Origin: Sphagnum compactum
Taxonomy: Eukaryota
Length of the DNA stretch: 64,000 bases
Reading direction: 5' to 3'
Assembly: GCA_965153455.1 (NCBI GenBank)
Contig: OZ234493.1
Span: forward strand, 26,340,213 to 26,404,212
Position 1 is the first letter of the stretch. Each line of letters opens with the position of its first letter. The notes under the pieces were generated by a model. That model saw only the letters and a program-made list of their open reading frames with translations. It had not been told where the DNA came from and ran no database searches. A program made the position numbers and the translations under genes. Below, piece by piece: positions 54,263 through 64,000 of this stretch.

Positions 54263-54548
54263 GCATGGAAGCTTCTCCATTGAAACAAAACAAGTGGTGG
54301 GTGCCATTCCAACATGACCCAAAACCAACTACCCTTGTTCACAATCTAGTTCTACGTAGAACATGGATCATTGGGTGTTAGTTCTTTTCTGCGAATGTGG
54401 ATTGCGCATTGAAGACAGCAGTAGGAATATTGGCATGGAAGCTTCTCCATTGAAACAAAACAAGTGGTGGGTGCCATTCCAAAGTGACCAAAAACCGCCT
54501 ACCCTTGTTCACAATCTAGTTCTCCAACGCACATGGATCCTTGGGTGT
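54263..54548 (+). repeat. Near-tandem ~115-bp duplication; each copy encodes MEASPLKQNKWWVPFQ...TLVHNLVL.RTWI.GC
   Basis: Copies start at ~54263 and ~54433; no indels between them. Confidence 0.9.
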
Positions 54549-57040
54549 AAGGATTTTTTGAAGGAACAGTAGGGATTTTGATGTTTAATTTCCCGTCACC
54601 CGTTATTTTCAGAGCAAGGTTGATTCGGACTTTCAAGGGTTAACTTCTGAACTCACTCTTAAATATTGTATGGGATGGTTAGTTTCGGCAGGCAAGTGCC
54701 AAAACCAATTGATTTTAGCCTATTATATCATTTCAACGTTTGAAGTTAAAGTTTTTACAGTTTGGCACATGGGGTCTTCAAATATTTTGTCTTTGAACCT
54801 TTTTATATTTCTCGTGTCAATTACTTTTCTATCATTATTGTTATTTCACAAGATATTTTGAGATTGCCATTTAAAAGCAAAGTATATTTCTAAATTTGAA
54901 TTAAATATTGTCTCCACTACTTTTAGTTATAAATATTCTCTTCTCCTGCTTTGAAACTTGAGCCATTAGTTTACATTAGGCAACATGGACCAGTCATCGC
55001 AATTTCATTGCTGCAATTTGAAAATTTTAGAAGGTTCATCAATTTGGATTACAAATTCTATCCAATTCATCAAAAATATTACATTGATTAGTTGTGGGTG
55101 CATGTTTTTATGGTTTTTTTTTTTGCAATGAGCCATTTGGTTGGCCTATCACCAAAAAAGAATGAAATCCTCTCTCCCAAATAAAAGTCACATGTTTTAC
55201 ATTGTTTTAAAATAAATTTACATGAAGTTACATTTACACAAATGTAAATGAACATTAAACATTTACACTTACACAGAATATATAAAAATAAATTTCATTA
55301 TGAGATTTATGTTTACATTCACAACACTGGACCAAACCCAACCACCTGAAATTCCAACCAAGAACATAACTTGTTTTCTCCTAGACACAAAACAAAATCA
55401 CAACATTGAGTCCAAGCCAATATGTGAGTCATATTAGCCAACAGAGACCTACTCCAAGAAGGAATCCTCTGAAGAAGCTTTGAAAAAGGGCAGAAATATG
55501 AAGAAGAAAATTAGAAACTTATACCCTGTGAAAGCAGCTGGGTCAAATGTTAAAAGCCACATCCCACATGATCCAGATGATTGCATCCTTTGAGATATTA
55601 AAAAAGAAGTGTTATGGAGGCCTAATGGTTTGATGATTAAATCCTGTCAAATTGCACCATGACACAACAAGAACAAAGAAATGAGAAGAGCGACCTAAAA
55701 CAAAAGACTAAGTCCTAGCTCAATTGCCAACAAACAAATATCAACAAGACGTAAGAGAACCAGAATTTACCTCTTTTGAAAATAAGAAGAAAAACATGAT
55801 CCAATTTTATTGTTGTTTTAAATCTCAAGGGGTAACAATTCTGTGGGGGCAACCATTAAAAATTTACATCCAACTTTATTTTTCAGAAAATTGGAAAAAT
55901 ATGATTTTTATTATCATTGTGTTTAGGCCTTAAAGGGCAAAATCTTTATGAGAAGCCACCAAAAATTCCCTTCGATATCATCTTTCAATATATATAACTA
56001 AAATTAACCCACGGGCCCTTGCTCACCTCTTTGAGGTAGGCCTGAAAAAATACCCCAAGGTCCCAAGTAACATTATCCATGACTATTGATGTAAGATTCC
56101 AACAAGTTTTTTCATCCAAAGTCATTTGCTTGGGCTTTGGCCCTAAACTATTTTAGTGGAAACCCAAACTAGTCACCCTTCATAGTTTGGACCAATGAGA
56201 AATTTTAGATTTGTGTGGTCCCAAGCCCAAACCCTCGAGTGTAAACCGCCCCTAAGCCTGAAGAAGCTGTTTGGTAATCTAGAGAAAGTACCTTGGTATT
56301 CGGGAACTAACCACTAAGATTTTTAACACAAGGTTTGATTGGGTCTAATTGTACCTTAAGTAATGGAAGTTTAAATCTGAGTCCATTTGTGTTGTTCTCT
56401 GTTCTTATTGCAATGGATTCTTCCCATTTGTTCAAAAAATAAAAAACTTTAAACCATTCTAAGTTGAAGTATCCCAGTAGGGGTTTATCACATGCTCTGA
56501 CTTCGCCTTCTTTTGGAGCATTTTGATTTTTTGGTCCAACCCTCCCAACAAAATTGTTCGCTTAAAAGCCAAAACATAATCATTAAAAAATCATTTTTTC
56601 TTATTTTTTTGAAAAGTAAAATTGTTGGAATATTTTGGAAGCTCCCCTTACAAAATTGATGTCCTTTAATGCATAAGCATTTAAAGGACATTTAAAGGGA
56701 AAAAAAATGTTATGTCATTCAATGCATAACATTTTTGTCATTTAATTTTTTTGAAATGTAAAAGTTAAAAGAATTTTGGATTGTTCCCTCCAAAAATTAC
56801 TACCCCTTAAACCTTAAACACCATAATAAAAAGAATCATGTTTCTATGAATCCATTTGTCAGTCCAAATTGGCTTTCAAAAGTTCAAACAATTCGTTTTT
56901 TTTCTCCACATGAATTCACAAATGACTACAAACAATGCATATTTCTCCATTTCATACCTTAAAATAAAGCTTGAATGTTCAACACTTGTTGAATCAAATA
57001 TACAAACACCAATACATAGCCATCACAATAAATAGTTGTC

Positions 57041-57387
57041 TCTTTCTTTATCTATGATGTGTGATTGTTTATAAAAGGTGCAAAAGAGGAAAAAAAGCAA
57101 ACAAAAATTAAATGAAAACAAACCAAAAAAAAAAAAAAAAACCTAAAATGAGAGAGAGAAAAAGAAGAGACAGGAAATGAATAAAAAGTTAACCCAGCCA
57201 CATTTCCAATTTTTTTTTTGACAAAATGATTTAGAAAAACAAAATACATGTGGTGAATTCTTTTGGTCCAAAATAGGTTTACAATGTGAAGAAAGGCCCT
57301 TGAGCCATGGCCCATGGGTGTTCTCATGGTCTCATCCAAAAAGTGAGGTACCATGAGGTTCTATAGGCCATGGCCCAAGCTGTCTAG
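57041..57387 (+). mobile_element. Possible non-autonomous Helitron
   Basis: Begins TC (TCTTTCTTTATCTATG). Ends with a strong inverted repeat (57300-57378) followed within a few nt by CTAG|T. Confidence 0.45.
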
Positions 57388-57476
57388 TGTACCAGGCCCT
57401 TACCAGCAATCAAAACGGCATGCAACATGAGGCTGCCACATCCATTCATAGGGTGATAATAAACTATCACGGCTAT

Positions 57477-57785
57477 TGTTTATTTCTTCCAAATTTGTGA
57501 GGTAGATAAGCTGGGGATCAACCACAAAGACTTAGCCAAATTTGGCTACATGCCAGAAAGGACAGTAGAGAAGATTAGGTTTTATGCTATAATTTGGCTA
57601 CATGCTACAACCTTTTGACAAAATATGGCGAATTCAAAAAGACTTTCCTCATAATGTGGTCACTGACTGTCATTACAGAGGGTCATTTTCCCCCCAAGAA
57701 AAAGCCTTTAAATTGTTGCAAGGCTGGCTTTTTCTCTTTGTCACCGGGTTGCAAAAAATTTAGCCCAAAGAAATAAAATCACTGG
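57477..57785 (+). mobile_element. MITE-like repeat, TAGCCAAATTTGGCTA family
   Basis: Palindrome at 57533-57548; ends near CACTG at ~57780-57784. Confidence 0.55.
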
Positions 57786-57908
57786 TCACAGCAGATCAAG
57801 CCACCATGTCAGTGAGTGTTCACACCTGATGTCGGTTCTAATGAATTTTGTTGCTATGTGAAATTTTCGGAGTGAATTTGTCCATAGAGGAGACACTCGC
57901 ATCATCAA

Positions 57909-58036
57909 GTTACCATTTACTCAGCATCAAGAGCAACGACAACTTTACAACTTTACTAGACGAAGTGACTAATAACGTTACCATTTACTCAGCATCAAGA
58001 GCAACGACAACTTTACTAGACGAAGTGACTAATAGC
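57909..58036 (+). repeat. Tandem duplication, 2 x ~60-68 bp
   Basis: GTTACCATTTACTCAGCATCAAGAGCAACGACAACTTTAC...TAGACGAAGTGACTAATA at 57909 and 57977. The first copy has an extra 8-nt microduplication. Confidence 0.95.
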
Positions 58037-58714
58037 GTTTTCTTTACTTGTTACACCAAACTGGATCCATAAGTATCCTCCATCCTGTGGTTCAGTGTAG
58101 GGTTTAGAGGAATCCTCTGTGCTTGGGGGTGGTTATTTCAGGAACGGCCCAGCCCTAAGGCATTGCCCAGCCTAACAATCAATGAGTTTTAGCTGTTTTT
58201 AATTGTTTTTCTGTGGTACCCAAGCAGGTACCAGCCAAGTATCACAGTTTTAAAGTATAAAAAAAAAAATTTAACTCGGGCATTTTCAAAAGTGAAACAC
58301 AATATGTGAGTATTTGGCATATTGAAATGCTCATTGAAATTTTACACTCTGTAAGAGAGAGCGCCTCTACAAAATCTGTCAGAGGCTTTTATGAATGAAA
58401 TAGATATTTTCACGGAGCAAGTTAACAACAATTCAGTCACCAGTGCCAAGTGGAATTGGATGACAGTTGACAAGGAAAACATATGAAAAAAAAGACCTGG
58501 CAAAGAAGAAACAAACACGCTTATCGAGTTTGGCTAGTACTAGTCAGCTCCACTAGGTTGCAGGAAGACGACGACAATAACAGCGCTAGGCCGGTAGTAA
58601 CTTAGGTAGGTAAACCTGCGTTCCGAGTAGGCGAGGAGTGGGGCCCAAGGCCCCACTCGGCACTCGGCAGCTGAGTAAACCATAAAAGCGCAGGCGATCT
58701 CTGAACAGGCTAGG

Positions 58715-58985
58715 TGTCTTGTTCCCATTTTTGTGATGTGTCTGAAGAGGGGATCATTCATAGCAGTTTAGCCAAATTTGGGCTATAAACAGGGAGACAA
58801 AAGTAAAATGTTTTAGCATCCTTCACAGTTTTGACTAGGTGCTAGAACCCAATCGAGAAATCTGGAAAAAATTTAACCAAAAAGAAATAGAAATTTGGCG
58901 ACTAGAATTCGTTTTAAACACATATTTTTGGCCATTTTGAAGGACAAAAAAATCCAACTGGCTACAGTTAGCTAGGAAAAATAAA
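58715..58985 (+). mobile_element. MITE-like repeat, TAGCCAAATTTGGCTA family
   Basis: TAGCCAAATTTGGGCTA at 58769-58785, with upstream GATCATTCATA and downstream AAATTTGGCGACTAG blocks shared with the other copies. Confidence 0.55.
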
Positions 58986-59542
58986 CTCCCTGAGTTACTA
59001 TCCCCTGGTACCTGAATCAGTAGAATTGGCACTTGCTGCTGGTTCTGTACTAATTAAAGAATTGTGCCCCTAGAGGCCACAAGCCACAACCTGCCTCCCA
59101 TAGTTCTTCATAAGGCGAGGCACATGGTAAGACTGCCCCGATTCTGTACCAGAGAACGCGTCCCTAGGCACAATCTTTAAGGTACACAGCAGCTGTGACT
59201 ATGCCTCCAGTGGAAAAGAGTGAAAAACTTGGCTGGTGGCTACAACTGTAGGTACCTACCCAGCTACTGTTCTACGCAGGGTTCCGTCATTCCCTCCCTC
59301 ATGTGTTTGTGCGAAGCAAATGCGAATTTCCATTTGTTGCGGTGCTTGTCCGATTCTTGCAGCCCGCCCGCCTACAAAGTCTTCGTGTTTTTTTGTTTGT
59401 TGCTGGGCTGTACTCTGCTGCAGTACTCTGCAGTAGAGTGTACTGAAGTAAGGAAATTTTTTATTATTAAGTATCGGAACTCGTTAATCTGTTTTTTTTA
59501 ATAATCTTCTCTGCTTGTTCCTTGATTGTTCTCCTTACTTTC

Positions 59543-59736
59543 TTTCTTCTTTTTTCTTTTGAAAGACAACACAGCACACCCGAGCTGACCAAGCCTTAGG
59601 GCACCCCGAAATCAAGCTCATTGGCAGAGGACCGACAGGAGTTTCACATGCACACCAGTGGGGTTGAAACCTCGTACATTTTGTGGCCGAAGGGTCCCCA
59701 GAAGGCGGCTATACCAGCGAGCCTCACCCCTGGGGT
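59543..59736 (-). mobile_element. tRNA-derived SINE
   Basis: Minus strand: 5' CCCCAGGGGTGAGGCTCGCTGGTA (A-box-like), GGTTTCAACCCC (B-box-like) ~45 nt later, body, then an A-rich tail. Flanked by near-identical TCCTTACTTTC (59532-59542) and TCCTCACTTTC (59743-59753). Confidence 0.65.
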
Positions 59737-60033
59737 CTAATTTCCTCACTTTCGACGTACTTACTACCTCGCATTTGCTGGCCAATTTCTTGTGATGCTA
59801 CTAAATCTTTCACAGTTGTGAATTTCCTCAGTCCGCTTCCGTTACAAGAAGCTAGAAGAAAACAGAGTTACGTGCTATTTTGTTATCGGCGTTTGCTTTT
59901 TGTTTGATGCCGGAGTGGTCTCCCTCGACGTTACTGTACTCACCAGTACTTGGCGTGCGTTATTTTTTGGCATACAGAGAGGTGTCGACGTCTGTGTGTT
60001 GTTTCTTTTGTTTCGTCGCTGGTCGCGAAGAGA

Positions 60034-63000
60034 ATGTGTAAGCTAGCAGGCCAAATTGTGAGCTGGTGGATTGTTGTGGCCATGGCCATGGCGGTATTCA
60101 AGCACGACGGCGTGGATGGAGTGTTCACCGAAACATGCTCCTCAACATCATCAAATTGCAATGCCTTGGTAAGGATCCGGAGTCTCTCTCTCACCGAAGT
60201 ATATAGCTGTAGGTAGCACTTGTGCTTTTTCTCACGTCCGCTTCGGTTCGAAAGGCAAATATAGATCCTTAAGTAACTTCTATCATCTTTTGCGTCCTTT
60301 CCTTAATGTTTTTTATCTTCGTCAGGCCGTGGTTTCTTCGCAAAAACTTTCGAGCACAAGTCTTTATGTTGAAGTAGCTAGTCGTAAGTTCAGCATAAGG
60401 GCCGATTTGTTCCTGACATTGTATTAGACTGAATATGGAAACGGTTGTGGAAACGGTGCCTTCTCTCCGGGCTGCTGGTTCTGACAAAGATTATCAATAT
60501 ACATGTCTTCCAATTTTGCCGTTGAGAATGCACATTTCAATAGAGGAGGAGCAGACAACAGACAACCTTAGATGTGCTCTTCTGGCCACAGACAAAGTAT
60601 CAATTAATAGATTTCTTGCTTGCTAGGTGAGCTACACGGCGCCTGCAAATTCAACTCTAGCCAAAGTTGCAGCCCTGTTTGGCGTGAGTGACATTGACTC
60701 GCTTTTGGGAGCCAACGACTTCAACCTTAGCACCCCAACAACACTTGCACTTTCACCTGGCGACTTTCTGAAAATTCCTGTTACATGTAACTGCATCAAT
60801 GGAACCCGGCAATCAAACTCAACAATCTACAAAGTTATAGCTGGTGACAGCCTGAGTGTTATTGCTGGAACAACTTATCAGGGCTTGATCACCTACCAGC
60901 AAATTGGAGCAGCAAATGGCATTGTTGATCTGAATAAGATTCAAATTGGCCAACGACTGGTGATTCCTTTTCCATGTGGCTGCAATCCTGTTTCTGACCA
61001 ACCAGTAGTATACTTGGCATACCCTGTCCAGAGTGGTGACAGTTTAGCGAACATATCTGCAGACTTCGGGGCCCAAATGGTGGATGTCTTGTCTCTTAAT
61101 GGAATTGCAAATGCGTCAGATTTGCAAGTGGGCTCTGTTCTTGAAGTACCTATTCCAGGTTTGTAAAAGAAAAAATCTTTCTTTTGTTTACTGAGTGCTA
61201 TATTTTCATTCTTAGGACACCTTTCCAATAGACTGTTGTGATCAGCTTTCCCTTATGTTTTTCAATTAGTTCTGCTCCCAATCATCTTTTACAGCTCTAT
61301 TGGTCAAGGACTGACCAACTGCAGGAGCTGTGAGGGTTGTGAGTTGAACTGTGACTCACCATACAAAGAAATCTGTCCTTTTTTCATGAGAACATGTGTT
61401 CCCAGAGTTTCTAACATGATTAATTACATATTTTCATCACACTTGCAGCTCTGCAATGGAAAGCCAGCGACTGTCCCTGCAGCAAGCAACAACGCCCTAT
61501 GTCAGTGGCTTTCCATTAGGCTGCTGTGATCACGGCACTCTGTGTGTACCTGTGATCACAGTAGCCTAATGGAAAGGGACCCTTAGGCATTCATCATCTT
61601 GCTTCAATTTATTGCAAGTTGCAGCATTCTCTCATCAAACCATAACATTAGAATTTATAACCCCATCGACAATCAGCTGGCTGTCATGTGTGGAACTACT
61701 TTTGGTCATGTTCTGATTGGTGAATTAACATGACTGGTACTGTATTTCTAGGGCTTGTTCTCTTCTGATCCTGGTAATGTTGATCCCTTAAGGTCTTCAA
61801 CAACAATGGTCCTAGGATGATGTTCCAGAGAGATCATGAAATTGTCGCTATGTTTCTTTCACTGCTCTGCAATAAATAGACTAACAAAAGTTTTGGTTCT
61901 ATGACAGCTTGCCAGGCGTCATTTGCGCAATCAGCAATTGATTCTGGACTACTTGTTGCTGAAGGAGGCTATGAGTTGACAGCTGCAAAGTGTGTACAGT
62001 GTATATGCACAGATGCTCCCCAGTATGTAGCTGAACTTTCTTTTTCTCTGCTCACCTTAATTTCACTCTGAGGACCTGGTATATTGTGTGCATTTTCTTG
62101 GGGTGTGGCCTCGTCACTGTCTACTTAGTTGACAAGAAAATTATTGAAGTTGATCTACATCTTTACATTCAATGTAATATCTGTGCAATTGCCCAGTTTG
62201 TCATACTTGTAGTGATGCTGGTCAATGTAGATGAATGAATGCAATTCAACTGATGTTTGTAGTCAAACTTTTTTCCTTTGGAATTTGCAACCTGATAGAC
62301 AATTTTTTTTTCTTGAACTGGTGTCACAGACTTAGATGTATTCCATCACCCACATCTTTCAGCAAAGCCTGCTTGAGAACTCTCCAATGTGCAAATTCAA
62401 GCCTCACAATTGGAAATTTTACTGCATCTCCATCAAGTACAGGATGTGATGTGACTTCATGTAACTATGAGGGTTTTATCCAAGGAAATGTAACTGCCAT
62501 CTTATCTCAGTAAGAAAACCCTTGCCTCTCCTTCATTTTTCGGGCAATACTGTTTGTACTCAGTAATGAAGCCTCTCCTAAACTAATGTGCATACATTGG
62601 TCAATTGTTAGATGGCTTTGCTATGATATCAACAATCAGAATGCTATAACCAGCTGGTAATTGCTGACTGCCAACCTTTGGCATAGGTTACCAGTTCCTG
62701 GCATGTTGAGAGCGACCATTGGAAACAAATTTGCTATCAATAAATGTGGTCTGAAATGTGGTTGTGAAGACCACTTTCATCATTTAGTGATGGTACAAAT
62801 GTGGTTGGCTGGAATGATTCAGAACATGTAGCATGCGTCCTGAACAACCTGTACCTTTTTTATTCTTAGCCTCCTTTGAGGCCTTGAAGACTATCAAATA
62901 GTTTGATCTGGATTTTTCTCTCAGCTATATCAAGACCATAAGACTCGGTAACTATAGAACTGTGTCCCTATTTGTCATAAGGTGCACATTACTTGTAATG

Positions 63001-63565
63001 TGAAACAACTACTCACTTATATCTAAACTATCTTATTGGCAGGGTCGTAAACTCAACTGAGAATCAATGTCCAGGTACTCCTTTACTTTTGTGTGTCTCT
63101 CCACCTAGCATCCCAGAAATTGTGTCTTTTCCTTTCAATTCACATCTGATGAGATTCAGCAATTGACAAGTGTCTCAGACAATTTCAAACTGACCATATC
63201 AGAGGAGCCCTTATTAAAAAGAATCTTCATCTCCCTGGAGACCACAAGGGGCATGAAGTTGTTAGGTTGATGAGGTTGAGGTGCTGACTAGGGACCACAC
63301 TGTAAACCTTTGATACAGTTTTAGAAGTTCAGAAATGACACAGTTTTTTGTTTTTTGTGTTTCAGTGCTGGCATCATTGACATATGACAATCCTGCCCCA
63401 ATTGGCAGATATCCAGTTCCTCCTGCAGCCCCAACGCCAGGACCCACATCATCAGCATCTGGTGCCCCAGCTCCAGCCCCAGCAACTAATCCTTCAAGTG
63501 CCAGTTTTCACATACCTTCTTTGATGGGCTTTCTAGTCCCACTTGTTCTAGCCATATATCTTTAG
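60034..63565 (+). CDS. LysM-domain GPI-anchored receptor-like protein (LYM/LYP/CEBiP type), ~397 aa
   Basis: Exons 60034-60168, 60627-61158, 61908-62022, 62330-62509, 63043-63074, 63366-63565 join in frame (1194 nt). Signal peptide; three LysM modules separated by CNC and CGC; Cys-rich region (TAAKCVQCIC, GCDVTSCNYEGF); Pro/Ala/Ser linker; hydrophobic C-terminus with no cytoplasmic domain. Confidence 0.92.
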
Positions 63566-64000
63566 TTATCTGGTGGGCACCAACTGGTTTAAATCTTACT
63601 TCGACAATTTGTGATCTAATTTTGCAGGGTTCTGTATGCCTGAGTTTTAATGGTGGTTTGTCTGATGATTCACCAGCTGCTATTGATCCACTTATATGCA
63701 TTATAGAGATTCAAAAACTCATAACTCATGGTTTTCATCACTGAGGAAAGGACAAAACCTGTATTTTGTTTTTGGCTGAAATCCAATGAACAAGTTTGGG
63801 GCTGATGGTCTTTACTTAACACCAAAGATTGACTTGTTACATGCAAGGATAGTTTGAAGCTTCTGGGAATTACAAATCTGTGTGCTACCTCGCGAAATTT
63901 CTGTTTGATTTAGGGCACTTACCAAAATTGCAGGTGTTGCATCTATCATGTGTTGGCATTTGGTGCTGTCTTCGAAGTTGGGTGTGTTTGTCTAAAATTT

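Noticed and set aside
20027..63565. RLK plus LysM protein as an immune gene cluster
   Set aside because: They are 30 kb apart, separated by GLYR2 and TE blocks; both families are common, so proximity is not evidence of a functional unit.

Overview
Intron-rich land-plant nuclear DNA. The gene style and repeat families suggest a bryophyte, possibly Sphagnum, but I cannot confirm this from the sequence. Five spliced genes could be assembled by eye: plastid histidine-biosynthesis isomerase HISN3 (+, 3398-6053), a fructokinase (-, 9585-10965), an 18-exon LRR receptor-like kinase (+, 20027-29402), plastid glyoxylate/succinic semialdehyde reductase GLYR2 (-, 40867-46647) and a GPI-anchored 3-LysM receptor-like protein of LYM/CEBiP type (+, 60034-63565). 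The receptor kinase has an intact ectodomain and TM segment, but its kinase exons carry several inactivating lesions. Between the genes lie AT-rich, decayed transposon remains: an RLE-type (CRE-like) non-LTR retrotransposon, a Helitron/Helentron Rep-helicase, hAT fragments and MITEs, a tRNA-derived SINE and a probable solo LTR. Best leads are the kinase-decayed receptor, an array of ~36-bp palindromes (33420-34140), an unidentified decayed coding-like block (6950-8625), two GC-AG introns and several hairpins. I found no convincing complete novel system. All family assignments come from motif recognition, not database searches.
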